Below, piece after piece: positions 15,932 through 26,616 of a DNA stretch of 64,000 bases. Each line of letters starts with the position of its first letter. The stretch's first letter is position 1. A model generated the notes under the pieces. The model worked only from the letters and a program-made list of their open reading frames with translations, was not told the DNA's origin and did no database searches. The position numbers and the translations under genes were made by a program. The DNA comes from a virus (Duplodnaviria > Caudoviricetes), in the IMG/VR virus record IMGVR_UViG_3300049740_002155, one strand, 5' to 3'.

Positions 15932-16808
15932 GATTATATATAGTGTCGTTAATCTTTTTTTTAAAAAAACCAAGTTCCATATAAAAGTGTTTATTTGCGT
16001 TTTCTCTGAAGTTAATGATATTGTTTTTTAAAGATGAATCTGGTTGTTGGTAAAATCTATCCTCAACAACAACCATGTTTTTTAAAATGTATTGTTGTAC
16101 ATTCATGTTTTTTGATTTCATATATTTACAACATTCCATCACAAATGTATCATCGGGTCCATACCCTTTAAATGTATTTGGTATTCCAATGAGTTTCAAT
16201 AAATTTGCGGATATAACATTGAACCACCCACCTCCCCATTTGAATGTGTTACAGGATGTAAGTTTTACATCTCCATGATTTTTTTGTATAATCTTATTTG
16301 GATTGACTTTCTTATAGAAGTTATGAGATTTATTTAAATAAGTTTCATTTACGATACAATCCCATGTTGTGTCCCATAGTTTTACAACCTGTGGTGATAT
16401 TACAAAAAAATCACTATTTTGTCCTACGAGCTCAATAGCATTAATTTGATTTGCTAATATTTTTTTATCAAAATACAAGTCACAGTCTAAAAATAATATA
16501 TAGTCAGATTGCTTTGCTGTTGAAATTGTGCTTCTTCTGTGCTCATTGACTCCTAGAAAATTTTTATCACTGATTATTTTAAAATTAGGTTTTATCTTTG
16601 AGTTTAATTCACACTTAGAAAAAATGCTTATTAGATTTGATATATCAATTGATTTCATATTAACAATCTCTGTATTGATATTCAAGGAAACATCAAGTAT
16701 TATTTCTTCTAAATTTTTAACAAAATATGTGGCATCATTCAAACTCTCTACGATGCGTTGAAAGTTTTTAATTTCATGTGGAAATAAATGAATAGATATA
16801 AAAATCAT
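15921..16808 (-). CDS. glycosyltransferase (GT-A fold, GT2/GT7-like)
   Basis: YILFLDCDL (DxD), WGGGWF, FKGYGPDDT; start moved to ATG 16808 (ATGA overlap). Confidence 0.75.
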   Translation of the reverse strand: MIFISIHLFPHEIKNFQRIVESLNDATYFVKNLEEIILDVSLNINTEIVNMKSIDISNLISIFSKCELNSKIKPNFKIISDKNFLGVNEHRRSTISTAKQSDYILFLDCDLYFDKKILANQINAIELVGQNSDFFVISPQVVKLWDTTWDCIVNETYLNKSHNFYKKVNPNKIIQKNHGDVKLTSCNTFKWGGGWFNVISANLLKLIGIPNTFKGYGPDDTFVMECCKYMKSKNMNVQQYILKNMVVVEDRFYQQPDSSLKNNIINFRENANKHFYMELGFFKKKINDTIYNHGL

Positions 16809-18496
16809 GATAACAAAAGTTGCCAAGAATATAAAAGATATATTGCTTCCTCACACTTTCCATTATTGTTTGAAACGGATGCAAGGAGAGATTTGTATTT
16901 TTTAAGAGGATTTTTTAATATTACATTTTTACCGACATAAAAGCATTGCTTCGGATCATAGTCAACTGGTTTGGATGAATGATTCCATATATTATATCCA
17001 TCCGTTGTTTTCTTATACTCAATTGTATGATTTCCTATATATCGTTTTTGCCATGTGTCAAATGAATAATTTGAAAATTTGATCTCATTTTTTCGTGTGA
17101 TATGCTTATGTGGATTAAGTTTAATTGTGTTTCGTGTTTTTTCAAAAGGTGTATACTTGCATTCATCGTTTAAAGAATTAGTTTCGTTTGTTAGGTAATT
17201 GACTTGATCAAAATATTTTTTGTATACAAGTTCGTTTACAAAGAAAACTACATCTGGTAAATTTTCGTAATTTTCTATAATATAGTTCAAATAAAACTTT
17301 CCGTAATTGTAGTGTTTTTCTTTTTTTATATTGTCGTATAAGTGTGTTTCACATTTTATCTTTTTTAAATTAAAACTTTTGTTAAAAAATCTAACACCAC
17401 ACACCGAGAATTCACCATTTTTTTTAGTCAATTCTTTTTTTGATTTGGGTTTTATGTTTTTTAACTTATTTACAAAATCAAATGAATTGTCATTAATTGA
17501 AAACTCACGATAATATTTCTTTATGAGCACAAGAATTTTGTTTTTAAAATGATAATTTTCTAAACTATTTTGTAAGTGATCATCTTCTTTCCGTGAATAG
17601 AAATAGTTTTTAAGTAGTTCAAGTAGTTTTTTGTTTTTAATTTTATATAATGTTTTGGTTTCTTCTAAATCACAACTTGGATTATACTTAGATGCCCTCA
17701 GTAAATGCTCACGACTTGAATACTGACGATTTATAAAATTTCCATGATATCCAATTTCAAACTCAACGCCAAGTGGTTCTATGCTTATTACCTTTTTTGT
17801 TGTGTGTCTCCATTTAATAAAATCTTTTTTAAATTCGTCCAATTCTTTAAAGAATCTATCATCTGATATAAATTGTGTAAATTCTTTAAATTCCAAATAG
17901 CCAATGAAGTTGAGGAAATCTCCTGAACCAAAGACTGCCTTGTCATATAAAGGTTTGTCTGTATCTTTAAATAGTTTGCTTGGGTATATATAGCCATAAC
18001 CCGGTTCCCCTTTTCTGTATAATAATATGTCATATAGCGAATGCTCGTTTCTTGATATAAAATATGACATTGAACAATCAAGAGCATAATCACCAAAGTG
18101 ATTTTTATGCTTTCTCATAGTGGAGCAAATTTGTACGATTTTATTTTCATTTAGTGTAGATTTAAGTTTATCAAACCAATTTGGGTTAACCGGAACTATG
18201 TCTGCATCTACCCACCCCACAAAATCATATTTATTTTTTATTTTATTCAATCCGATGTTAAGTAGTTGTTCCTTTTGCCAAAATATTTGAGTTGATTTTA
18301 TGCTTGTAATATTGTGACAATTTTTATTTACTCTGTAAATTGAATTGTCTTGATATGCTTCAATTACATATAAATCATAAAGTTCATCTTTATTCATTTT
18401 GTCGTAAAACATCAAAAAGTTTATATATTTTGATAGATAGTTACACGGGTTGAAATAACAACAAACCAAAGCAATCTTATTTTTTAATACTTCCAT
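16805..18496 (-). CDS. glycosyltransferase-like protein (GT-A-like N-domain + second GT-like C-domain)
   Basis: WQKEQLLNIG, VGWVDADI (DxD), YDKAVFGSGD; C-part YLNYIIENYENLPDVVFF. Confidence 0.6.
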   Translation of the reverse strand: MEVLKNKIALVCCYFNPCNYLSKYINFLMFYDKMNKDELYDLYVIEAYQDNSIYRVNKNCHNITSIKSTQIFWQKEQLLNIGLNKIKNKYDFVGWVDADIVPVNPNWFDKLKSTLNENKIVQICSTMRKHKNHFGDYALDCSMSYFISRNEHSLYDILLYRKGEPGYGYIYPSKLFKDTDKPLYDKAVFGSGDFLNFIGYLEFKEFTQFISDDRFFKELDEFKKDFIKWRHTTKKVISIEPLGVEFEIGYHGNFINRQYSSREHLLRASKYNPSCDLEETKTLYKIKNKKLLELLKNYFYSRKEDDHLQNSLENYHFKNKILVLIKKYYREFSINDNSFDFVNKLKNIKPKSKKELTKKNGEFSVCGVRFFNKSFNLKKIKCETHLYDNIKKEKHYNYGKFYLNYIIENYENLPDVVFFVNELVYKKYFDQVNYLTNETNSLNDECKYTPFEKTRNTIKLNPHKHITRKNEIKFSNYSFDTWQKRYIGNHTIEYKKTTDGYNIWNHSSKPVDYDPKQCFYVGKNVILKNPLKKYKSLLASVSNNNGKCEEAIYLLYSWQLLLS

Positions 18497-19109
18497 CTGA
18501 ATTGTAATTGCTTGAATATAAACTATTATTATACTCTTGTTTTTGTATACCCTTAATATGCATTAGATCAAGGCCAACATCTTTTGGCAAATTTGTTGAG
18601 GATGTGTGTCCGGAGATATATTCATGAACTGGACGAGTCCATCTTATAGACTTTTTGTTTTTAAAAATTCTTGTTTGATAATCTGGATAATTAATTCTAC
18701 TCTGTGTGTCAATTTTCCAATTCCACTTTTTAATATGATGTGTTTGAATTCCTTTTACGAAGTTAATTCGTGGAACTCTAAATAATTCTATTTCGTTATT
18801 TGCTATCAATATTTTTTTAATGTTCAATAGAAGTAGTTCACTTGGATATTCATCTGCATCAATTTGAAATATATATTCACCGTTACACCTCTCTATTAAA
18901 TAATTTTTATGCTTTGCATAGTCTTTGTTTAATTTATGATAATATACATTTTCATGCTTTTCTAAAATATTTTTCGTTTCATCGTTAGTTGAATAATCGT
19001 CTAAAATTACTACTTCATCATTTAAATCTTTTTTTGAATTTAGTAGTTTTAAAAGTTGATCTAAGCACTCAACCTCGTTATGTGTGCAGATTGCGTATGA
19101 TATATTCAT
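18477..19109 (-). CDS. GT2-family glycosyltransferase
   Basis: ISYAICTHNE, VILDDYSTND, YIFQIDADE, YPDYQTRIF, WTRPVHE. Confidence 0.88.
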   Translation of the reverse strand: MNISYAICTHNEVECLDQLLKLLNSKKDLNDEVVILDDYSTNDETKNILEKHENVYYHKLNKDYAKHKNYLIERCNGEYIFQIDADEYPSELLLLNIKKILIANNEIELFRVPRINFVKGIQTHHIKKWNWKIDTQSRINYPDYQTRIFKNKKSIRWTRPVHEYISGHTSSTNLPKDVGLDLMHIKGIQKQEYNNSLYSSNYNSDGSIKK

Positions 19110-19810
19110 TTTTCTTCTATGGGTGGTATTTCCGAAGAAGTTGCTTCTGCGTCTTTTACGAAATCTTCAACTTCTCTAAATACTTTTACAAAGGTATTCA
19201 CATCACCAAATCTTTCTAATACAACACTTTTAAATTTTTTATCGGATATTTTATCTAACTTAAACCCCAAGGCCTCTTCAACTATCTTCTTCTCTCTCTG
19301 CAATTCATTGATATTATCTTGTCTACTTATTAATGTTTGTTGCATATCTTTTTTACCAGAAAACAACTTTGAGAAATCTAGATATCCAAGTTTTATTTGA
19401 GTCATGTTTGTTGTAATATAAGTACGATAACATTCCCTTTTTTGCAGTATCCTTTTTATCGTGGACGAATAAAATGGTTGAGGTCGATTTATTATTTCTT
19501 TGACTGGTGATTTTATTTCATATCTTCTTTTTAGCAAACTGATAGTATCTGTAACCAGTATGTTATTTAAAAAAGTTTTAAATTCTGTCCAAGGTAATAT
19601 CTCTAAATTTAATCCGTGTAATTTAAGTGATTTTTGATCACGATATGTATTCAGTACAAAAACAATCCTAAAAAGTTTTCTTCGTGTCGTTTTATCTTCA
19701 TCGGATGGGTTGTATTTAAATGTAATAACTTGTCCAGGTTTTATTCTGGCTACATTTGTGTTTTTAAAACCACCAACTAATCTTGTTAAATATGCTCTGT
19801 AAAAACTCAT
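19106..19810 (-). CDS. hypothetical protein, resembles T4 gp2-like DNA end-protector family
   Basis: PGQVITFKYNP...RIVFVLN...LHGLNLEILP pattern similar to the gp2-type G..F.Y.P...G.NL..LP. Confidence 0.4.
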   Translation of the reverse strand: MSFYRAYLTRLVGGFKNTNVARIKPGQVITFKYNPSDEDKTTRRKLFRIVFVLNTYRDQKSLKLHGLNLEILPWTEFKTFLNNILVTDTISLLKRRYEIKSPVKEIINRPQPFYSSTIKRILQKRECYRTYITTNMTQIKLGYLDFSKLFSGKKDMQQTLISRQDNINELQREKKIVEEALGFKLDKISDKKFKSVVLERFGDVNTFVKVFREVEDFVKDAEATSSEIPPIEEK

Positions 19811-19831
19811 TGCATATATAAATATATAGAA

Positions 19832-21067
19832 TTAGGATATATCAGGTAAGTCTAATTCAACTTCTACTGGAATATTTTCTATCTCCGGAATTATTAGTTC
19901 TTCATATTGCTTGAACACAGACTCTTTAGAAAACTTCTTTAGATTTGTTTTCTGCAATAGAACTGCCTGTTTTTTATGAGTATCATAATCATCAAATATT
20001 TTTTTCATAGAATTGGCAGAATCTGTTTCGTTTATATTTGCCCAAGTTGAATCTTCGCAAAATAAGTCGTTGCTTATTCCCACCTTTATTTGAGAGCAGT
20101 TTACTAACTCGGATTTGTCACTATCAAGAAAGTCTAAATGACCAGACCAGTTTGGTGCTATTACGGGACATCCACACAAAGTTGCTTCTAATATGGGTCT
20201 TCCAAATCCCTCACCCCGGGTGTGTGTTACGAATGCTTTTATTTTATCATGTGAGTATAAACTCTTTAATTCGGCTGCATTTAATTCACCATGTAAAAGA
20301 TAAACATTGGGACGTGCTTCTGGAGTAAAGTTATCAAGTTGTTCTTTGATTTTATCCTGAATATCATAATAGTCAGATGTACTGAAGTTTGTTCCGTTAG
20401 TTTTTAGAACTAGTGCAGGTCGTTTATCGTATGATGCAAATGCAGTTCCGAATGATTTTATTAAAGATGATATATTCTTTCTACCACCATCGTCTGTTGG
20501 TGATGATGTCCATTGTCCCACAAATAAAAAACAAAAGTCTTCGTTTATTTCGTCAAGTTCCTTTACGGGTACATCTGTGGTTGTTTCATAAAAAGAACCA
20601 ACTGCGTATTCAGGTACTACATCTATGTTGGTTTCTAGCTTTATATTCTCTTTTTCGTATATAGAGTTCTCGAATGACTCTTTTGTAAATGTAGATGGAA
20701 CTATCACTTTGTCCATTTGGTTACATCCACGAATGAACGGCAAGTTTACTTTTGATGTTTCAACTCCGGCAGTTATTCCAATGTTATATGTACCCAATCG
20801 TTTGAATTCTGGCGGGAGACCTAATTGAATATATACATCATAAAAGTCATATACATCTTTTGAGTCAACAAACATATTTTTAAGTTTGTCGTTTAATTCT
20901 TCGTTTGCTTGTAAACCAGTCTGTGGATTGTGACCCCACGGAGTTCCAATCATGTGTATTTCGTAATCATCTGCGTAGTTGGTTAAAAACTCGGCAAACT
21001 CTCTCGCATGATCACCGTACCCACTTCGTGATAAAATTGGAGAGACATATAATAATTTTTTTTTCAT
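19832..21067 (-). CDS. GT4-family (GT-B) glycosyltransferase
   Basis: SRSGYG, FLFVGQW, HTRGEGFGRPILEA, APNWSGHLDF. Confidence 0.88.
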   Translation of the reverse strand: MKKKLLYVSPILSRSGYGDHAREFAEFLTNYADDYEIHMIGTPWGHNPQTGLQANEELNDKLKNMFVDSKDVYDFYDVYIQLGLPPEFKRLGTYNIGITAGVETSKVNLPFIRGCNQMDKVIVPSTFTKESFENSIYEKENIKLETNIDVVPEYAVGSFYETTTDVPVKELDEINEDFCFLFVGQWTSSPTDDGGRKNISSLIKSFGTAFASYDKRPALVLKTNGTNFSTSDYYDIQDKIKEQLDNFTPEARPNVYLLHGELNAAELKSLYSHDKIKAFVTHTRGEGFGRPILEATLCGCPVIAPNWSGHLDFLDSDKSELVNCSQIKVGISNDLFCEDSTWANINETDSANSMKKIFDDYDTHKKQAVLLQKTNLKKFSKESVFKQYEELIIPEIENIPVEVELDLPDIS

Positions 21068-21068
21068 T

Positions 21069-22328
21069 TTATATTTTCTTTAATTTAATTTTATTCACTG
21101 GTTTAAATTTTTTGATTGTAGATTTGAGTATATTTGCAATTCCATTTGTCATTCGTTCCATCGGAAATGTTTTCTCAACAAACTCTCTTCCACGTTTACC
21201 CATACCCAAACGATCCATTTTATTCAACGAATAAATTGATATAAGTGCTTTAGCAACATCGTCTGATGATATAAAGTCTTCATAAATAAACGGAGTTGAT
21301 TCGTCACCCGACAACTTTCTAACACTTGGTTCAATGTGAATTCCCCAATCATTGTTTTTTACAATTTGTGATGAAAGTCCACCTGTATTTGTACAAATTA
21401 TTGGTGTTCCGGCTGCAAGTGACTCAAGTGTCGTTAATCCAAAACCTTCGTTACTGGCCGTATTTACAGTTACATCAAATGTATTGTACATTCTATTTAA
21501 TATAGTTTCTTCAACCTTTGCATTAGAAAACAGTATATTTCTATTGGGGTACAATTGCTCTGAGAGTTTTACTATATCGTGATTTCCTTCACCTACTCTG
21601 TTTGTATGAATCATTAAAACTGTTTTGTCTGCCTGATTCGGTTTAAGTAGACTGCAAAACTTATCATACGACTCCATCAATAAAGGTAGTTGCTTTCGTC
21701 TCATATTTGCGTTATTGCAGAATATTGCAAACTCACAACCTTCACTTAATAAATTATATTTACTTTCGGCTATGTGCTTTTCCGAAAGTTTATTAAATAC
21801 ATCAAGGGCAACTCCATGTGGAACATATTCACATATAATTTTGTTGGTATCAATTAATTCTGATATGAGGTTGTAAGTTAATTCACTTATACAAGCAATT
21901 CCATCGCAACTATCATAGTATTTTTTATTAAATATTGGTAGTGGATCGTTGTCCCATACATGATAATAAATCATGGGACATATTTGACGAACTTGATTGT
22001 CTAACGCAAACAACCACTTATAATACCTCGGATCGGTCATAAATAATATTGCATCAGGTTTTTCGTTTTCTAGTATTTTAAATAGCAACTCTTCATTGCC
22101 ATAACCAGATGTGCAATATAATCTAACATACACATCGTTAATGTTGCAAAGTTTTTCTATTGACTGCGATACATCAATTATACTTCCCGACTCTGGATGT
22201 TTTTTTCTGGCTGCAATTTGAATCCAATCAAACTCTTCTGCGTTATTTAGTATAATGTTTTTACAAACATTCGCAACACCAGACGGATACCTTATGTCAT
22301 CCCCTATAAGTAATATTTTAGACTTCAC
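21069..22328 (-). CDS. GT4-family (GT-B) glycosyltransferase
   Basis: SGVANV, NMRRKQ, ASNEGFGLTTLESLAAGTPII; GTG start. Confidence 0.9.
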   Translation of the reverse strand: MKSKILLIGDDIRYPSGVANVCKNIILNNAEEFDWIQIAARKKHPESGSIIDVSQSIEKLCNINDVYVRLYCTSGYGNEELLFKILENEKPDAILFMTDPRYYKWLFALDNQVRQICPMIYYHVWDNDPLPIFNKKYYDSCDGIACISELTYNLISELIDTNKIICEYVPHGVALDVFNKLSEKHIAESKYNLLSEGCEFAIFCNNANMRRKQLPLLMESYDKFCSLLKPNQADKTVLMIHTNRVGEGNHDIVKLSEQLYPNRNILFSNAKVEETILNRMYNTFDVTVNTASNEGFGLTTLESLAAGTPIICTNTGGLSSQIVKNNDWGIHIEPSVRKLSGDESTPFIYEDFISSDDVAKALISIYSLNKMDRLGMGKRGREFVEKTFPMERMTNGIANILKSTIKKFKPVNKIKLKKI

Positions 22329-22363
22329 CCATCTACTATTACTTTTTTTTATTAAAATGTCAA

Positions 22364-22561
22364 CTAATATTTTTTATTATCAGTAATTGGTGTAGCTGCG
22401 TCAATAGTCTTTTTAAATTCAGAATCAGTCAGATACAAATGAATTGCTCTATTTACGAGTTTTTGCAGAGTCATATCTGAATTCAAAGTCTCCATTTTAA
22501 ATTCTTTGTATTTGTCCGAAAGGACTTTTACAGTTGTAAGTTTGTAATTTGCATCATTCAT
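22364..22561 (-). CDS. small ribbon-helix-helix-like DNA-binding protein
   Basis: LTTVKV strand followed by two helices (KYKEFKMETL; LQKLVNRAIHLYL). Confidence 0.55.
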   Translation of the reverse strand: MNDANYKLTTVKVLSDKYKEFKMETLNSDMTLQKLVNRAIHLYLTDSEFKKTIDAATPITDNKKY

Positions 22562-22618
22562 TTGAATATAAATATATCGTAAAAAAGTTTTAATACTAAA
22601 AAAATTATAAAAACTATT

Positions 22619-23317
22619 TTACCACTTGGGGGGATTGAGTGGGCAACGACTACTTGACAATAGCAATTTTCCACTACCACAACCACACTTTGTACACTTA
22701 GCATGATTGGATGCTTGATTTTCTACCCAATATGAACAAGACCTACACGTATTAATTCTGTTATTCCATTCAGATGCATTCACAACAGGACGACCTGTTT
22801 TTCTCCATGACATCAATGAATGTGCGAGATTCTTGGGTAAATTCTTGAATCCAAGTTTCTCTGCTTCTTGTTCATAACTTTCTTTAAACGGTAGTTCACT
22901 TTCATTGTGATTGGTTACAGATTGTGAAATCTGACGATTAGGTTCATTTGGTACTTCTGTCTGAGTTTGCTTTGTGAGTGAATCATAGTTTTGTTCATCT
23001 ATATAAGACTTTAAATGGTCTTTAAACTCCGTTGGTACATTAAAACGTGGATCATCTAAATCACCCAACGGAGTCTCTTGACTTGATAATTGTTCATCTA
23101 TACTCGGTGGATTGTGTGCATCAACCTTATCCTTATCAAGTAGATTATGTGAATCTCGTTTTGCGACAGATTCTAATTGCAGTTGATTATCTTGGCCAAT
23201 ACTTGGTGCAACATCTTCAATATCATCTGATGTTTTTTCTACTTCTACATACTCTGCCTTTTCAAAGTCTGAGACTTGACGACCGTTACGTTTGTACCTT
23301 TGATATAACTTTCCCAT
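22619..23317 (-). CDS. hypothetical protein with C-terminal Cys-rich (zinc-binding) domain
   Basis: RINTCRSCSYW...CTKCGCGSGK...RCPLNPPKW after a long acidic disordered region. Confidence 0.7.
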   Translation of the reverse strand: MGKLYQRYKRNGRQVSDFEKAEYVEVEKTSDDIEDVAPSIGQDNQLQLESVAKRDSHNLLDKDKVDAHNPPSIDEQLSSQETPLGDLDDPRFNVPTEFKDHLKSYIDEQNYDSLTKQTQTEVPNEPNRQISQSVTNHNESELPFKESYEQEAEKLGFKNLPKNLAHSLMSWRKTGRPVVNASEWNNRINTCRSCSYWVENQASNHAKCTKCGCGSGKLLLSSSRCPLNPPKW

Positions 23318-23364
23318 AATTTATGTTCCAAAAATAATTTTTACCTTAAATACTTATATAGTAC

Positions 23365-23667
23365 ATGGATTCAAATATAATTAAAATTCCAAGCACAAAT
23401 AGTGAACTTGATGCTGACTTGTCTAAGAATAAAGAAAAATATATGGACTTCATTTATGAAAAATTTATAGAGATTTTAAAAATAAATGATATTCCAACAC
23501 AAGTCAAGATTTTTAACTTTGAAAAAACCGACCTACAAGTCATTGTTAAATATCCTAATTACATATCTAACATTGACAATCTCTTAAACTATTATATAAA
23601 CAAGGAGGAATATGAAAAATGTAATAAGCTAGCTAAATTAAAAAATAGAATAGTGGATACTAATTAG
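23365..23667 (+). CDS. hypothetical protein with UvrB/UvrC-like C-terminal motif
   Basis: LLNYYINKEEYEKCNKLAKL. Confidence 0.6.
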   Translation: MDSNIIKIPSTNSELDADLSKNKEKYMDFIYEKFIEILKINDIPTQVKIFNFEKTDLQVIVKYPNYISNIDNLLNYYINKEEYEKCNKLAKLKNRIVDTN

Positions 23668-23714
23668 TAGTAGTAGTATATAGCATTATAAACAATTTAA
23701 CAGGGGGAAATACG

Positions 23715-24458
23715 ATGTCAAGCAAAAAGAACGAATCAAGTTCAAATGGATATAAATCGGACTCACAACTCCAAGAAAAAATCAGAAACAACGAGAAACC
23801 AAGAACATTAAAAATCAAACACAAAAAATTTACTGACAAGCAGAAAAATTTTGTAGAAATTGGTTTGGCAGAAAATACAAATTTAATGTTCATAAACGGG
23901 CCAGCCGGTAGTGCCAAGACATATATTAGCATTTATTGTGGTCTTAAATTATTATCAGAACAAAAAGTAGAAGAACTTGTCTATATAAGAAACGCAGTAG
24001 AAAGTTCTGATCACAAATTAGGTTTTTTACCAGGTGCACAGGATGATAAAATGGCTCCTTACCTCGAACCTCTTAAAGATAAATTAGAAGAATTTCTTAG
24101 TATAGTTGACATAAAGTATTTACAGGAAGAACAACGTATATACGGAGTACCTGTTGGATTTTTGCGTGGAGCAAGTTGGATTGACAAATTTGTTGTTGTA
24201 GACGAGGCACAAAACATGACAGAAAAAGAACTTATCACTATAATGACACGGGTCGGTGAAAATACACGGGTATTTATATGTGGTGACACCATGCAAAGTG
24301 ACATCGGAAATAAATCTGGTTTTGCTAATATACAGAATTTATTTAATGACCAAGCATCGAAAGAGCAGGGAATTCACACTTTTGAGTTTGACGAAAACGA
24401 TATTATACGCAGTGAACTCGTTAAATTCATAGTTAGAAAGATAAAAAGTTTAAGATAA
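23715..24458 (+). CDS. phoH: PhoH-family ATPase
   Basis: GPAGSAKT Walker A, LGFLPG, KMAPYLEP, FLRGASW, DEAQN, CGDTMQSD, DIIRSELVK. Confidence 0.95.
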   Translation: MSSKKNESSSNGYKSDSQLQEKIRNNEKPRTLKIKHKKFTDKQKNFVEIGLAENTNLMFINGPAGSAKTYISIYCGLKLLSEQKVEELVYIRNAVESSDHKLGFLPGAQDDKMAPYLEPLKDKLEEFLSIVDIKYLQEEQRIYGVPVGFLRGASWIDKFVVVDEAQNMTEKELITIMTRVGENTRVFICGDTMQSDIGNKSGFANIQNLFNDQASKEQGIHTFEFDENDIIRSELVKFIVRKIKSLR

Positions 24459-24522
24459 GTCATATTTATTGAAATATAAAAAATATATGTATATTTATTT
24501 ATAGACAACGATTTCTTGAAAA

Positions 24523-26262
24523 ATGGCCAACCAAAAGATAACAGATTTAAACAAGCACGACAAACTAAGTGGTGATGACTTATTTATTGTAGTTGATAAA
24601 GACGAATACGGAACATCACCAACAGGTGAAACAAAATCTATAAATGCAAAGACCTTAGCCGAGCAACTTGCGGAAATAAAACACTCAGATGTTGGAATTA
24701 GATTTAGTGAACTATCAGATGTACCAAATGAGTATACTGAAAGTGCAGGTTCTTTTGTAAAAATAAATGATAGTGGAGATGGGGTATCATTTACAGAGTC
24801 ACCTGGTCACTCTGAAATAACAATTAATTTTGAAGAGTTATTTCAAAATATAGAAAGCAATCAGATAATTCTATATAGAGTTGGTGATGTTTTAATGAGA
24901 GACCCCTCCACAAATACATTCAAACACGCATCATCTGACAATCCAGACTCTTCTGAAGTAGTGGGTATTATCAGAAAGATTAAAAAAGATATAGACGGTG
25001 AAGTGTTAAGTGTCAATATTGCATTTGGTGGTCATGTTACATTTGAAGAACCTGTTCATGTTGAGAAAAGTCAAATTGATGCAACGAAGGCAGTAGCAAC
25101 CGAATCTGTTTTAGTCGGTGGTAAAACCTATTTCTTAGGAAGAATAGGTAAACTTGCAGACTACGATCCATCTATCCAGGTAAACGATAGTGATCCACAC
25201 GTTTCTAAACCTTTGTTAATAGCAACAGGTCCTCAATCGGGTGTATTTGTAAACTATCGTGGATTGCTTTCGGAGAAGACAGACGAACCACATAAGTTTG
25301 TAATTGAATATAGTGCAAGTTGTTCCAAAATAAAAGTTGGGGATATAGTACGAGTTCGTAGAAGAATAAAACGAAATGTGAATGGAGGTTTTGGTAGTGC
25401 AATTGAAAGTGGTGACAATGCGTTTGAGGGTTTGCCTGAAAACATTAGACCTGCGTTTTTAGATTTTGAAAGTGGGGAATCTCCTTATGTTTTGGCAAAT
25501 TCTGCGTCACAACAAGCAGAATTGGAATCTGAAGATGCGTATGCTTGTGATTTTGTCGGAATTGTAACCATTGCATCATCAGACTATTTTCAAGTTCAAA
25601 CAAGTGGAATGATTACGTTTGAAATGCCAAGCACAATTGTTTCGGATGATTCGTCAGTCATTGAGAAATCAAATGCGATATTTAAAAGAGGATACACATA
25701 TTATTTAGAATCATTTGATGTAAATTCCGACCAAAATACTAATATATACACAAAGAGACTGCGTAGAACAATTTATGATTACAATATAGAAGAAATAAAC
25801 GACTTCTACGGAAATAACATAGTAGACTCAAACATAGAGGACGTGGTTACTGGAGTTTCACCTTTTAGAAATACAACCATTGATAATCCTTTTAAAAGAG
25901 ATCCTGAAACACAAAAAGTAACTGCATATTGCAAACCAGTTTTTTATGCAGTTTCCGAAAATCAAATCCTTTTATTAAATCACCCTGTTTACCCACAACC
26001 ATTTGATGCGTGTAACGCAATAAACCCAACAGTAAACCAACCATGTCGTGAATTGCAGACCACTAAAAGTTTCGTAGTAAACCAAAACACAACAGATGTA
26101 AATGAGTATTTAAACGAACGATGGAAAGATGCAAATAAAGGTGACCTGGCAGAGATGAGTCGCATTGACTTTAGTTCTAATGAAATAATAAATGAAGTGT
26201 GGAGAAAACTTGAAGAAGGAAACGTTGGTGGTATGTGGCAAATGATAGAAGGAGAAGAATAA
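24523..26262 (+). CDS. virion structural protein (fibre/decoration-like) with two cement-like beta domains
   Basis: MANQKITDL...DDLFIVVD N-terminus typical of phage fibres; two VGD.V/L...VVGI...G..TF...YFL/YYL...KP repeats. Confidence 0.6.
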   Translation: MANQKITDLNKHDKLSGDDLFIVVDKDEYGTSPTGETKSINAKTLAEQLAEIKHSDVGIRFSELSDVPNEYTESAGSFVKINDSGDGVSFTESPGHSEITINFEELFQNIESNQIILYRVGDVLMRDPSTNTFKHASSDNPDSSEVVGIIRKIKKDIDGEVLSVNIAFGGHVTFEEPVHVEKSQIDATKAVATESVLVGGKTYFLGRIGKLADYDPSIQVNDSDPHVSKPLLIATGPQSGVFVNYRGLLSEKTDEPHKFVIEYSASCSKIKVGDIVRVRRRIKRNVNGGFGSAIESGDNAFEGLPENIRPAFLDFESGESPYVLANSASQQAELESEDAYACDFVGIVTIASSDYFQVQTSGMITFEMPSTIVSDDSSVIEKSNAIFKRGYTYYLESFDVNSDQNTNIYTKRLRRTIYDYNIEEINDFYGNNIVDSNIEDVVTGVSPFRNTTIDNPFKRDPETQKVTAYCKPVFYAVSENQILLLNHPVYPQPFDACNAINPTVNQPCRELQTTKSFVVNQNTTDVNEYLNERWKDANKGDLAEMSRIDFSSNEIINEVWRKLEEGNVGGMWQMIEGEE

Positions 26263-26612
26263 TGGGATCGTTATACGACATAGGAAATTTTAGATATAAG
26301 CATTTTACATTTTATTCACCATGTGAAGGTCAAGTTGATTGTTTTCCGTTTGAGAACCAATCTGCACTAATTGATACTGAAATAAAAAACTTTTTAAATA
26401 AAGTGTGGCCATATCGTGGAGTTTTAATAGGAGATTCTTCAGAAGGAGATTATGCGTTTGTTACTTACATACACAAAGAAGTTGACTCACAACAAAATCC
26501 AACTCAGATTGTAGATAATATATACACATATACTCGCATACAACTTGGAAGTGGTGAACCACAATGGGTACAAGCAACAACTCCAAAAAAGACATTAGAA
26601 AGAACATCATAG
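26262..26612 (+). CDS. hypothetical protein
   Basis: TAATG overlap with the previous stop; start at ATG 26262. Confidence 0.7.
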   Translation: MGSLYDIGNFRYKHFTFYSPCEGQVDCFPFENQSALIDTEIKNFLNKVWPYRGVLIGDSSEGDYAFVTYIHKEVDSQQNPTQIVDNIYTYTRIQLGSGEPQWVQATTPKKTLERTS

Positions 26613-26616
26613 AAAA

